Positions 1 through 8,837 of a DNA stretch of 12,632 bases are shown one piece after another (positions within the stretch are counted from its first letter, which is position 1; each line of letters opens with the position of its first letter). This stretch comes from a virus. Taxonomy: Duplodnaviria; Heunggongvirae; Uroviricota; Caudoviricetes. The notes beneath the pieces are model-generated. The model was not told where the DNA came from, ran no database searches, and worked only from the letters and a program-made list of their open reading frames with translations. The stretch is taken from the IMG/VR virus record IMGVR_UViG_2778261687_000011, positions 1 to 12,632 of that record, one strand, 5' to 3'. The position numbers and the translations under genes are program-made.

Positions 1-546
1 AAGCGTGCGTATTGCCTGAAAACACAACCCGCTACGGGGGAGACTTACCCGAAATCTGATTTATTCAACAAAGCCGACTTCCGTCTGATGTCACGAGAGG
101 TCGTAGAGAATATCAAACAGCTACCCGAAAGAAATCTATTTATGAAGGGGGTTCTTTCGTGGGTTGGCGGAAAAACTGATGTTGTAGAATACGTGCGTGC
201 TGAACGTGTCGCAGGTGATTCTAAATTCAACGGCTGGAAGTTGTGGAACCTAGCACTTGAAGGTATAACAAGTTTCTCCACATTCCCGCTGAGGATGTGG
301 ACATACATTGGATTGTTTGTTGCCGGTCTATCTTTTTTATATGGCGCGTGGATGATTGTAAACACTCTTGCCTTTGGCAACCCAGTTCGTGGTTACCCTT
401 CGCTCCTTGTTTCAATCCTTTTCCTTGGCGGAATACAGTTGATTGGAATCGGTGTGTTAGGTGAATATATCGGCAGAATTTATATTGAAACCAAACAACG
501 TCCAAAATATGTTCTAAAAAATGTCAGGAAAGACAGCAATGACTAA
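1..546 (+). CDS. gtrB: Bactoprenol glucosyltransferase GtrB (GT2 family), 5'-partial; continues upstream of the window
   Basis: Frame 1 is open from base 1. The translation [14 protein letters not shown]...[21 protein letters not shown]...[16 protein letters not shown]...[12 protein letters not shown] closely matches my recollection of the GtrB C-terminal half, including the two C-terminal transmembrane helices. The first ~25 codons match less well than the rest. Confidence 0.88.
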   Translation, partial: KRAYCLKTQPATGETYPKSDLFNKADFRLMSREVVENIKQLPERNLFMKGVLSWVGGKTDVVEYVRAERVAGDSKFNGWKLWNLALEGITSFSTFPLRMWTYIGLFVAGLSFLYGAWMIVNTLAFGNPVRGYPSLLVSILFLGGIQLIGIGVLGEYIGRIYIETKQRPKYVLKNVRKDSND

Positions 547-1957
547 CGATTCTAAAAATTTAGGAATTTTACTGTTTGTTGGTTTTTTATATGTGCTCCC
601 TTTCATTATCGGTGGACATTTATACGTAGATGATTTTTTGCGTATAGAGATACCATATGGATGGGATCATAATGGTAGATATTTTTCAACAGTCCTGTCT
701 AATCTCATTGGCAACGGTCATATTCTAATATTATCTCCATTTACTATGATGATTGCAGCGCTGTTCCTCATTTACCCTGCACACAAAATCAGCAGTGTAT
801 TTTTTGGTAGCGAGTTGAGTTTTGCGAAAGCATCATTTTCTTTATCACTTTTACTATCCCCATTTTTTATAAATAATCTTGCCTATCAGTATGATGCAAT
901 TTTGATGTCCGCATCTGTAGGCATGGCTGCGATGGCAGCGTACTACTGTTATCTCGGAGTTTCTTCAAAGCTCTTTTATGCTACAGCATTCATTCTGCTA
1001 ATACTGGCAATTTCATCTTATCAGTCATCTATTGCAGTATACTTATCAATTATATTGATACTAGCCATACACAGCATGATGTCAGGTAAAGCAACTATTT
1101 TTAGTGCTATTAAGTTTTGCGTCATTGCTGGCGTTCTAATGCTTGTTGCATACGCACTATACAAGAAGGTGATTTTTAACCCCGATGATATGAGTGAGTA
1201 TACAAAGATGCGCTCTGAAATGCTGGGCATTGACATGTATACGTTAAAAAACATGTTCACCTCCTATCTTAAATTCAAGGAAATCTTTTATGATTTATTC
1301 CATGGGTTTATAGGAAAAATTTTACTTTTGTATGTTACGCTTCCTTTTGCTGTGATTTTATTAAAAAAAGGATTAAGCTTGCCTGTAAAATTAACGAGTG
1401 TTGTTTTTTACTTGTTTATTATCTTCCTTTCCTTTGGCATGCTACTGATTCTAAAAAATCCACCAGTGACCAGTCGTTCTATGGTTTCGGGCGGAGTGAT
1501 AATCATGGCATCGACAATGATTATTTTTACTAATATCACCTTTAAAAGGCTTGATTGGGTATCAGTTGTGCCGATGGTAATATCATTTATTTTTGTAAGC
1601 TGTTTCTTCATGCTTCAAAATATAAATTATTCCAGAATTGATAATGTCTTAATGCGTACAAATGCAGTCTTATCGCTGCAAAATAAAGATTACCAGAAAA
1701 TTTATCTAAAAATAAACAAACCCAGTTCAGCATCAGAACCATACAGAAAAGCATTTCCTTTCATATACAATATGAATAGATACTTCTATACTGGCAATCC
1801 TTTCATGGATAAAGTCTCCCATTTAAAACTGGGGTATAGTATCTACCCGTGCGATTCTGGTTGTAAAAAAATAGAATCAGATGGAACTGTGAGATTCAAC
1901 GCTCAAAACATGATATTGAAAGAGCGAAATGGACAAGCAATTGTTATAGTGAACTAA
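539..1957 (+). CDS. GtrC-like type-specific O-antigen glucosyltransferase (polytopic membrane protein)
   Basis: ORF of 472-478 aa starting immediately after gtrB (ATG 539 overlaps the gtrB stop at 544-546, AGGA about 10 nt upstream; alternative in-frame ATG at 521 has no SD). Many hydrophobic segments in the first ~370 aa and a hydrophilic C-terminal domain; AT-rich like gtr loci. Assignment is by operon position and topology, not by recognised sequence motifs. Confidence 0.65.
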   Translation: MTNDSKNLGILLFVGFLYVLPFIIGGHLYVDDFLRIEIPYGWDHNGRYFSTVLSNLIGNGHILILSPFTMMIAALFLIYPAHKISSVFFGSELSFAKASFSLSLLLSPFFINNLAYQYDAILMSASVGMAAMAAYYCYLGVSSKLFYATAFILLILAISSYQSSIAVYLSIILILAIHSMMSGKATIFSAIKFCVIAGVLMLVAYALYKKVIFNPDDMSEYTKMRSEMLGIDMYTLKNMFTSYLKFKEIFYDLFHGFIGKILLLYVTLPFAVILLKKGLSLPVKLTSVVFYLFIIFLSFGMLLILKNPPVTSRSMVSGGVIIMASTMIIFTNITFKRLDWVSVVPMVISFIFVSCFFMLQNINYSRIDNVLMRTNAVLSLQNKDYQKIYLKINKPSSASEPYRKAFPFIYNMNRYFYTGNPFMDKVSHLKLGYSIYPCDSGCKKIESDGTVRFNAQNMILKERNGQAIVIVN

Positions 1958-1964
1958 TTATTTT

Positions 1965-1988
1965 GATGCCAACACTTTTGTTGGCATC
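1965..1988 (+). terminator. Perfect 10-bp hairpin (gatgccaaca-cttt-tgttggcatc) just after the gtrC-like stop; candidate intrinsic terminator or mRNA-stabilising stem-loop
   Basis: Inverted repeat read directly from the sequence; followed by accTTTgc, a weak U tract. Confidence 0.4.
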
Positions 1989-2020
1989 ACCTTTGCAAAC
2001 TCATTAGTGGGCTGATCTAA

Positions 2021-2690
2021 ATGGCAAAAACAGACATTAATAACGGAGTTGTAGTTGCACGTTTTATTGCTATATTGCTGGTAGTTTTACTACATGCCAG
2101 TGCCGGACCTTTCGGGGCTAAACTCGCTCCTGACTGGGAGTGGGCCAATATTTACAGCGCAATATCGAAACAATGCATTGGTATTTTCATTGTCATAACT
2201 GGCTTTCTCTATGCAAATAAAGAAATTGAGTTTAAAGGCTTCATCCTTAAAGGAATAAATCTCCTTGTAATTCCACTGGCGTTTTGGTGGGTAATTTACG
2301 CAGCATATTTGATACTTTTTAAAAATGCAGGCATAGATAGTTTTAGCCCTATGAAACCATCAAGCATACACCTTTGGTTTATGTACGATTACATTGCAAT
2401 TTATCTTTTTGTTCCAATGATAGTTATGGGATGTAGAGAAATAAGAACGCGCTATAGCCTTTTGATATTCGCAGTTCTGTTTTACAGCACATCCTTATAC
2501 CCAGAGCTTAATGCAATAGGAATACCCGCTCCGAAGATAAACGTTCCATTTGCAAGTTATTTAATGCTCTATGTTTTTGCAGGTTACATAGCTGCACGCA
2601 AGGAAGATTTAATAATTAAGTACAGGATTGTATTTGCTCTCCTTTCATTGACACTTTCCGTTGTTACCATTTATGTTAATAAAGGGATAC
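2021..2690 (+). pseudogene. Acyltransferase family 3 (Oac/OafA-like O-antigen acetyltransferase) gene, 3'-truncated at about 2690
   Basis: N-terminal ~224 aa are hydrophobic with acyltransferase-3-like segments (VVARFIAILLVVLLHASAGPFG, IFIVITGFLY, HLWFMYDYIAIYLFVPMIV). At about 2690 composition switches from AT-rich to GC-rich and the rest of ORF 2021..3250 becomes Arg/Pro/Ser-rich nonsense that is the reverse strand of phage genes. Full-length family members are about 330 aa. Confidence 0.6.
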
Positions 2691-3030
2691 CGAATTCAAT
2701 CAGGCGCCAGTGTGGCGTCGGGGCGTTTTCACCGAGATCAGGATGTTTTTTCAGGACTGCACCATGCAGCACGCCGATCCTAAATCCGAGGTTACCGGTG
2801 GTTTTGAAGATGCGGTTGTTCCATCGCATAGCCACGTTTGCGGCAATGCTGCGGCCTGTTAACGGGTCATCAATCCTGGCGGCGTTCGCTTTTGCTTTTT
2901 CGACAATCACGTTACCAGCGCGCCGGAGTGCGGCCCGTCCACCGCGACGACGCAGATCGTCACTGATGGATGATAGTTTCCCCACCAAACTCTCAACTCC
3001 AGTAATGCTGATATCAATGCCGTCAGCCAT
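2671..3030 (-). CDS. HK97 gp10-family tail-completion/head-tail joining protein, C-terminally truncated at the junction
   Basis: Translation contains IDDPLTGRSIAANV...TPHWRLIEFG, typical of the HK97 gp10 family, but ends 5 codons after EFG with residues (IPLLT) encoded by AT-rich non-phage DNA. Family members normally continue about 40-50 aa further. GAGGAG SD upstream of ATG 3030. Confidence 0.65.
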   Translation of the reverse strand: MADGIDISITGVESLVGKLSSISDDLRRRGGRAALRRAGNVIVEKAKANAARIDDPLTGRSIAANVAMRWNNRIFKTTGNLGFRIGVLHGAVLKKHPDLGENAPTPHWRLIEFGIPLLT

Positions 3031-3355
3031 CGTTCACTCCTCGCGAGCATGGCAGCGTCAGATATTCCCGGCCGCTTTTATCGTCTTCCAGCACGCCCTG
3101 AATATCGTAAACGCGTCCACGGTAAAGAATGCGGTGCTTATCCGTGACATCATCACGCCAGCGAATAGTGATCCGTGTGGTTACCTCGTTTTGTCCGGCC
3201 TGCGCGGCCACAAAATCGCGAGCAGACAAATCGGTAACGTTGGCCCATAGCTCAGCCATGTCAGCCCATCCATTAACCACCGCGCCGGTAACCGGGCTCT
3301 GCGTTTTAACAGGCTTCTGAAGCATGATTCGTTTATTGAGCTTCCCCGCCTGCAT
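3023..3355 (-). CDS. Phage head-closure / head-tail adaptor protein
   Basis: 110-aa ORF in the expected position between connector and gp10-like gene; ITIRWRDDV...RILYRGRVYDIQGV resembles the head-closure family; AGGGGG SD upstream; 8-nt overlap with the downstream gene. Confidence 0.7.
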   Translation of the reverse strand: MQAGKLNKRIMLQKPVKTQSPVTGAVVNGWADMAELWANVTDLSARDFVAAQAGQNEVTTRITIRWRDDVTDKHRILYRGRVYDIQGVLEDDKSGREYLTLPCSRGVNDG

Positions 3356-3357
3356 GA

Positions 3358-3537
3358 TTACCCCCTGGGCTTGCCGCTGAGGTAAGTATGCTGTGGAAGT
3401 TCAGCTTCACTCTCTTCAACTACCATTGACTGGTAGATCACCGCCGTCAGAGCTTCGTTTGACTCCGCCAGCCGATTCATCGCTGCTGTCTGGGCTGCCA
3501 TTGCTGTCAGCAGCTGGTTTACCTGTTGCTCGTTCAT
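3358..3537 (-). CDS. Small hypothetical protein (59 aa), head-module gene not present in the ORF track
   Basis: Hand translation of the minus strand gives MNEQQVNQLLTAMAAQTAAMNRLAESNEALTAVIYQSMVVEESEAELPQHTYLSGKPRG with a natural helical composition; its stop lies 2 nt before the head-closure ATG. Weak SD. Competes with the overlapping ORF 3416..3607. Confidence 0.4.
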   Translation of the reverse strand: MNEQQVNQLLTAMAAQTAAMNRLAESNEALTAVIYQSMVVEESEAELPQHTYLSGKPRG

Positions 3538-3597
3538 AGGCGATTTTCATCCACTTTTTTAGCCACTCACGGCGGGCGGCACATCCTGAACAGGCCA

Positions 3598-3930
3598 TCA
3601 GTGCCACCTCCTGTGCTGCATCAGTAGTGCTTCAACTCCAAGCGGTAGCTCAGAAGTAATATTTCCGACATTGACTGCTTCCCGGTTTGCGTACCAGTGA
3701 CCGATAAGAAGCAGCATTGCCGCCCATATGCCGGAAGTGAAAAGGATCTCACGTGGCGGCATTTCCCCTTCCACTGGCGGCGTCAACGACTCCACCAGCG
3801 TGCCGTCGCAGAATTTCTCAACATAATCGACGGCAGCCGATGCGTAGGCCGCAATAAGAGAATCTTCGGCGTCGCTATCAACCCTCAGATGCGTCTTTAT
3901 CTGCGCCATCTGCTCCGCGCTTATTTCCAC
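3598..3930 (-). CDS. Phage gp6-like head-tail connector protein
   Basis: N-terminus AQIKTHLRVDSDAEDSLI and C-terminal HWYANRE...LPLGVEALL are characteristic of the gp6-like connector family. GTG start at 3930 with GGGGT upstream; an in-frame ATG at 3909 is an alternative start. Confidence 0.75.
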   Translation of the reverse strand: MEISAEQMAQIKTHLRVDSDAEDSLIAAYASAAVDYVEKFCDGTLVESLTPPVEGEMPPREILFTSGIWAAMLLLIGHWYANREAVNVGNITSELPLGVEALLMQHRRWH

Positions 3931-4120
3931 CTTTACCCCCGGTTTTGGCTTTTACAGGCTGTTCAGGATCGGAGGTTTTCGCCTTTTCGGGATCAACCTC
4001 TTCGGCCAGGTGCAGTTTTACCAGCGCTTCGCCGATTTCTTTCTTCACTACGCGGGTTTCGCCCTGGGATACTGTACCCAGGTGATAATGCGAGAACATA
4101 CGAAGAGCTTTAATTTTCAT
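3878..4120 (-). CDS. Hypothetical small protein immediately downstream of the major capsid gene
   Basis: 80-aa ORF starting 37 nt after the capsid stop; the N-terminal ~55 aa look protein-like, the Gly/Lys-rich C-terminus overlaps the gp6-like start by 32-53 nt and may be frame noise. No clear SD. Confidence 0.3.
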   Translation of the reverse strand: MKIKALRMFSHYHLGTVSQGETRVVKKEIGEALVKLHLAEEVDPEKAKTSDPEQPVKAKTGGKGGNKRGADGADKDASEG

Positions 4121-4156
4121 ACATTAAACGCGGCCATTGCTGACCGCGTCCTCCTG

Positions 4157-5320
4157 TCAGGAGCCAGCAGAAACCGCAATATCGCCAGTGACGATAGCTG
4201 CAGGACGATAGTGCGCCAGCGCCAGGCGTTCTTCGCACAGGATGGTCAGCATGTTTTTAACGAAGTTATCGCGATCCTGGTTGCTGATCTCGATAGTGGC
4301 ATCCATGCGGTCCCACACCTGCGATGCCAGACCAAACGCACCAACGGTAAATTTGCCTGCCGTCTGCGCCGTGGTCGAAACTACCGGCAGACCCCAGAGC
4401 ACTTTGGAGGCAAAGGCCTGTGGGCCGCCAAGGATGTAATTGCCGTTAGCATCTTTCAGCAGCGCGATACGGTGCCAGTCCGCCGGGTTGAGAATGATAC
4501 CGTCGGCTTCAAACTCGCTCAGCGACACCTGATAGATTGCATGCGCCAGAACATCAGCACCGGTATCTCCGGTCGCGTTGAGTGCAGTTTCGTAGTCGTT
4601 CGCCACCACGTTCAGCCCCTGGAGGTTGTCGCCGGTGCCATCACCGTTCAGCATCTGGTTTTCTTCCACCAGCGCCAGGCCATACATCATGCGGGAGTTG
4701 ATGTAGGACTGCAGTGCCGGGGCATCGTCCATGATCTGGCGCGACGCCTGGATCCAGTGAGCGATGGTTTTCACGTTCGCCGTTTCTTTGGTGAAGGTAA
4801 TGTTACTTTCCGGCTTGAGGGTACCTTCCGCCACTGGCGCCGCGGCGTTGGTAAACACATTTTCACGCACGTATTCAAGCGCGTTACTGGTGATGCGCCC
4901 CTGCGCCAGCAGGTCACGTACGGTCAGGCGACGCAGGCCCGGCATAAGGATACCCGGTTGCTGCTGCGGCAGAACCAGTGCGCCGGCGGAGTTCGCGCCA
5001 GAGCCGATCGCTTTGTCGAAGCTGGTCACTTTCGCTTTGGTACGTGAGCCGTCCCAGCCTTTCATCAGGTCTTCGGACACGCGTTCTGCAAAGGATTTCT
5101 GGGCGGTCTGTTCAGGCGAGTTGCCAGCCAGCTTCTGCTCAAGATCGAACAGTCGAGTGCCGGTGGCTTTCAGCTCATCCTGGGCTTTCGCCAGGTCGGT
5201 CTGCAGCTGCTTGTTGATTTCGCCGTTCTGGTTGATGGATTTACGCTGTTCCTCGATAAGCTCCTTCACTTCTTTCTGGGAGTTCTCGATCGCTTTTTCC
5301 AGGGTTGCTAATTCAGACAT
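4157..5320 (-). CDS. Major capsid protein, HK97 family (with N-terminal delta/scaffolding domain)
   Basis: 387 aa; coiled-coil N-terminal ~100 aa followed by a capsid domain, the same size and architecture as HK97 gp5; sits directly after the prohead protease gene; GGAG SD. Confidence 0.92.
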   Translation of the reverse strand: MSELATLEKAIENSQKEVKELIEEQRKSINQNGEINKQLQTDLAKAQDELKATGTRLFDLEQKLAGNSPEQTAQKSFAERVSEDLMKGWDGSRTKAKVTSFDKAIGSGANSAGALVLPQQQPGILMPGLRRLTVRDLLAQGRITSNALEYVRENVFTNAAAPVAEGTLKPESNITFTKETANVKTIAHWIQASRQIMDDAPALQSYINSRMMYGLALVEENQMLNGDGTGDNLQGLNVVANDYETALNATGDTGADVLAHAIYQVSLSEFEADGIILNPADWHRIALLKDANGNYILGGPQAFASKVLWGLPVVSTTAQTAGKFTVGAFGLASQVWDRMDATIEISNQDRDNFVKNMLTILCEERLALAHYRPAAIVTGDIAVSAGS

Positions 5321-5331
5321 GTTTTGCTCCG

Positions 5332-6012
5332 TTAGGGATTCCGCAGGTTAGCGGCAAAGGAAGTTATGCGCTGTGCCAGCGCGTCAATGTCGCCGCCGCC
5401 GAACTCGCTTCGGCCTGCGGACTTCACGCGGGCGATAAACGCCTGCGCTTCAGCACGCGTAAGGCCGACTGAATCCCTCAGCCAGGCCTCCGCGTCACGA
5501 ATGGTTTTAATGCCGTCAATGCTCTTCATGGCGGTTACGCCCGCCAGTTCGTTGGCCGGGAATGTGCAGACACTGATTTCCCGCAGATAAGTAATGTTTT
5601 TGAAAATGAGGCCGGACGTGCCGACGGTGTAATCGTCAGGGCCGACTGAAAAACCCACCGACATGCCTTCAACCGTGCCATGCTGCATGGCGGCCTTCAG
5701 ATCCTCGGCCAGGCTCAATCTGGGTGTGAGCTGCCCTCGGACATAAAGCCCCTTCTCGTCTTCGTGCATGGCATCCCATTTGCCAACCGGGATGGCTCGC
5801 GTCTGGTGGTTGAAGAACATCGCCACCTTGCGGCTCTGGTTAGCCACCACACCAGCGAAAGCCCCGGGCAAAATAATGTCGCCGTCGGCGTCGGTGTTAT
5901 TGAAAACCGAGGCATACCCTTCAAACGTTCCCTTGCTGCCGTCGCCGGTGAACTTGATTTCGGTCTGGTCGAACGCCAGCGTCTTGTGAATATCAGGCAT
6001 CGTGGCCCCCAT
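5332..6012 (-). CDS. Prohead maturation protease, HK97 family (peptidase U35/S78)
   Basis: 226 aa, between portal and capsid genes; sequence ADGDIILPGAF...GLYVRGQL...FSVGF is typical of HK97-type prohead proteases. An alternative ATG at 5998-6000 (M5) has a better SD. Confidence 0.9.
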   Translation of the reverse strand: MGATMPDIHKTLAFDQTEIKFTGDGSKGTFEGYASVFNNTDADGDIILPGAFAGVVANQSRKVAMFFNHQTRAIPVGKWDAMHEDEKGLYVRGQLTPRLSLAEDLKAAMQHGTVEGMSVGFSVGPDDYTVGTSGLIFKNITYLREISVCTFPANELAGVTAMKSIDGIKTIRDAEAWLRDSVGLTRAEAQAFIARVKSAGRSEFGGGDIDALAQRITSFAANLRNP

Positions 6013-6039
6013 AAAAATTAAGCCCCGTCATTGCGGGGC
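6011..6039 (-). terminator. Terminator-like hairpin (GCCCCG-CAAUGA-CGGGGC) plus UUAAUUUUU at the portal/protease boundary; possible attenuator
   Basis: Read from the sequence; the stem encodes the last portal codons and the U tract runs into the protease start. Confidence 0.25.
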
Positions 6040-7289
6040 TCTTTGTTTGTTCCGAGGTCGGTAATGGGAACGTTCTGCGACTGGCGCGTCGCCACATCAC
6101 CGCCAGGCAAAGGCGGAAGATTATCCAGTCGCCGCACTTCGTTAACGGTACGGATCCCTGTATTAACCATGGTTTGCATGAAGGTAGCGCGGCTCGCTGA
6201 GTCACCACGAAGCAGGCCATCAAGGTTATGCTCGGCGTGCAGCCTTCCCTGATCGGACTCTTTTACCAGCCAGCGCTCTATGCTGTACTCCCAGCGATCG
6301 AGATAGGGCTTCAGGGTGTACTGGAGAAAGCCGAGGTTCTGCTGTTCAATGCCGCTGCCCCATGAAGTTGTTTTTTCAACATCACCAACCAGGTGCGGCG
6401 GAACACCGTAAAAGCGCGCCAGCTCTGCCACCTGAAACTTACGGGCCTCAAGCATCTGTGCGTCCTGCGGCGAGATGCCTATCGGCTGCGTGGTGAACCC
6501 GCTCTCAATGATCCAGAGGCGTTTTCTCACCGGGCCGCCGGCAATCTCCTTAAAGTTTTCCTCCAGCTGTCCGCGCTGCTCTTTGGTCAGCACCTTGCCG
6601 TCAGTCATCAGGATTTGCGGTGATTTGGCGCCGTTGGCGAAAAACTCCCGCTGGTTATCTTCCATAGCAATAGCCACGCCTGCAGATTTGGCGCTGAACG
6701 CCAGCGGCGATAACCCGACCAGCCCGTTAAAGCCGAAGCCTTTCAGGTGGAATATTTCTTTCGGCTTAAAGTCCACATACTCGCTGTCGCGCCGGTACCG
6801 GTAGATGACATTTTTTCCATCGAGCCGGACATCCATATTCGCGCTCATCAGCGGAAGCAGGCTGATGACATCGCCGACGCTGTTTCGCTCCACATGCGCG
6901 TAGGCATTGCCGTAGGCGCAAAGCTGCATTGTCATTGCCTCGCGAAACTCCAGCGCGGTCATGAAGTTGTTGGGCCGGAAGCGAAGAAGCTTCGCCAGCG
7001 GGTTCTGGTTGTCGACTTTCTTTCGCTGATCATCGATGGTTTCAAAAACATCCAGCGGTAACGAGGCTGTTACGGTGGAGATGAGCCGGATGCAGGCCCA
7101 TACGGTGCTGATCGACATGTTGCGCTCATCGCTCACCACCGATTCCCCGACGGTGCCGTGAGCTGATGTGCCCGCCATCTGCGAGCCATTATCCGGTGAA
7201 ACCAGGCGGCCACCGGTCAGAATAGAGGCCATGCGCGCCCAGAATGGCGATCGCGTTCGCAGGTCAATGCTGTAATCGGTATCTGCCAT
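6018..7289 (-). CDS. Portal protein, HK97 family
   Basis: 423 aa, immediately downstream of TerL and upstream of the protease; size and position match the HK97 portal family. Confidence 0.9.
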   Translation of the reverse strand: MADTDYSIDLRTRSPFWARMASILTGGRLVSPDNGSQMAGTSAHGTVGESVVSDERNMSISTVWACIRLISTVTASLPLDVFETIDDQRKKVDNQNPLAKLLRFRPNNFMTALEFREAMTMQLCAYGNAYAHVERNSVGDVISLLPLMSANMDVRLDGKNVIYRYRRDSEYVDFKPKEIFHLKGFGFNGLVGLSPLAFSAKSAGVAIAMEDNQREFFANGAKSPQILMTDGKVLTKEQRGQLEENFKEIAGGPVRKRLWIIESGFTTQPIGISPQDAQMLEARKFQVAELARFYGVPPHLVGDVEKTTSWGSGIEQQNLGFLQYTLKPYLDRWEYSIERWLVKESDQGRLHAEHNLDGLLRGDSASRATFMQTMVNTGIRTVNEVRRLDNLPPLPGGDVATRQSQNVPITDLGTNKEPRNDGA

Positions 7290-7291
7290 TT

Positions 7292-8824
7292 TTAAACGCT
7301 CAAAAAGTTGTAAATGAAATCGTTAACGTCGCCCGGATCCTCCACCTCATCACTGGTCTGTGCGCCGATAGACATCGCCAGCGCCACCATGCCGTCGATA
7401 CGGCCGCTCGATTTGCCTTTCACAAACTTGCGGTTACCGGCGGGGTCGGTGATTACCGTGGCGTTTTTGGCGCACATCTCGAGGATCGGATGGTTGCCGT
7501 GCTTCAGTTGCGCGCCGAGCAGTTTAGCTTCCAGCTCCCTGAGCGCAGGCGACATGGAGACAAAACCCTGGCCGAATTCCACGAACCGCTCGAGCTCCGC
7601 CTCAGTGAAACCGGCGTCGATGAGATGCGGGCGAAGGAAGCGCATGTTGTAGCGGTCGAACGCCAGCGCCCGGACGTTACAGATATCAAAAACGCGCCGC
7701 AGCTCCCGTGCAATAAAGGCGTACTCAATGGCTTTGCCCGGCGTCGTGTTCAGCCAGCCCTGCTTCGCCCATATGTCATAAGGCACGCGATCGTTACGCG
7801 CCTTGTCCGCCAGCCCCTCTTCAGGTAGCCAGAACTTACAGTGCACATCGCCCTGCGTTGTGTTGAGCACCAGCGCGGTCAGGTCCGACACGCTGGAAAG
7901 GTCCAGCCCGCCCCAGACGGTAGCGCCCGCCAGTTCGCCAGGCTCTTCTTTGTTCATGTGCCAGACGGTCTGGCTGACGAACGGGCTTTTCGCCTCAACC
8001 CTGCGGTTCAGTACAAGGTTCTCAAATTCAGCCTGGCGCGACGGGAGGCGCTTGGCGCTGGCGGCCATATCCAGCACTTCTTTCTGGTTCATGAACACAT
8101 CGAAGGCCGGGTTAGCCAGCCTGATGGCTTCGACAGAGAAAGGATCGATATCTTCCGGCGCGGTCTGCAGCCGTACCACCGTTCGCGGATCGGCACCGGT
8201 CAGGCCATCATCAATCAGCAGGCTGAGCAGGTCGCTCGCATCGGGTGCCTGGGTGCTGATGATTACCGAGATAGGGTTGTCCTGAGCAGCGGTCGCGGTT
8301 TCCAGAGCTTCATAAAGCGGGTCACGCGGCCCGCGCACCTGGCCCAGCTCATCATGGGCGACAAATCGCGGCGAGAAACCGTAGGCCGTTGTGGCCTCAG
8401 CGCTCAACGCGCGATAGTAAGAGCCCAGTTCAGGGCAGTGAATCTCTTTGGCTGAATCTTTTATGGCAACGTATTGCATCAGTGTCGGATTCATACGACA
8501 CATTTTCGAAGCAAGGTTAAACAGAATTGCTGCCTGATCGCGTGATCGGGCTGCGGAATACAATTGTGAGTTAGGCGCTGATTCGGGACCAACCAGATAA
8601 AGCAGCATGATTATCGCTGTCTCTACCGTCTTGGCGTTCTTTCGCCCCCTGCTGATAATCGCGCGGCGAGTACCATGCTCATTATCAAATATTGCTCTGA
8701 AGTCATCCTTCATGAAAGGAGCCATCTTCAGAGGCTGGCCTACGTACTTCCCTTCAGGGATCAGGATGTGTTTCTCACACCAGGCTATATTGCGCTCAGC
8801 CCTTGTAAGCTTTTTTTTCGCCAT
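7292..8824 (-). CDS. Terminase large subunit
   Basis: 510 aa; Walker A-like SRGRKNAKT near the N-terminus, Walker B-like FVAHDELG, C-terminal nuclease-like region; follows the TerS gene after a 13-nt gap. Confidence 0.92.
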   Translation of the reverse strand: MAKKKLTRAERNIAWCEKHILIPEGKYVGQPLKMAPFMKDDFRAIFDNEHGTRRAIISRGRKNAKTVETAIIMLLYLVGPESAPNSQLYSAARSRDQAAILFNLASKMCRMNPTLMQYVAIKDSAKEIHCPELGSYYRALSAEATTAYGFSPRFVAHDELGQVRGPRDPLYEALETATAAQDNPISVIISTQAPDASDLLSLLIDDGLTGADPRTVVRLQTAPEDIDPFSVEAIRLANPAFDVFMNQKEVLDMAASAKRLPSRQAEFENLVLNRRVEAKSPFVSQTVWHMNKEEPGELAGATVWGGLDLSSVSDLTALVLNTTQGDVHCKFWLPEEGLADKARNDRVPYDIWAKQGWLNTTPGKAIEYAFIARELRRVFDICNVRALAFDRYNMRFLRPHLIDAGFTEAELERFVEFGQGFVSMSPALRELEAKLLGAQLKHGNHPILEMCAKNATVITDPAGNRKFVKGKSSGRIDGMVALAMSIGAQTSDEVEDPGDVNDFIYNFLSV

Positions 8825-8837
8825 TCGCTAATCAGCC

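Noticed and set aside
1-87. Possibility that the first ~85 nt are not gtrB (5' junction or att remnant)
   Set aside because: The frame is open from base 1 and in phase with the conserved part, and the length to the DFRLM motif matches GtrB; weaker similarity here may only reflect my imperfect recollection of the family. Left as part of the partial gtrB.
45-1611. Minus-strand ORFs 45..380, 227..505, 1021..1260 and 1408..1611
   Set aside because: Antisense to gtrB and the GtrC-like gene; no ribosome-binding sites and no protein-like features.
2691-3250. 3' part of the plus-strand ORF 2021..3250, which would make a 409-aa acyltransferase
   Set aside because: Beyond about 2690 the translation is Arg/Pro/Ser-rich nonsense and is the antisense of two phage structural genes; composition changes abruptly. 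Only 2021 to about 2690 is acyltransferase-like.
3697-8455. Numerous plus-strand ORFs (for example 3697..4113, 4010..5047, 4764..5351, 5680..6021, 6475..6804, 6747..7061, 7244..7828, 7803..8285, 7841..8455) and short minus-strand ORFs in other frames (5715..5924, 5993..6223, 7504..7728)
   Set aside because: All lie inside the well-supported minus-strand head and packaging genes and have the Arg/Ala/Pro-rich low-complexity composition typical of shadow frames in GC-rich coding DNA.
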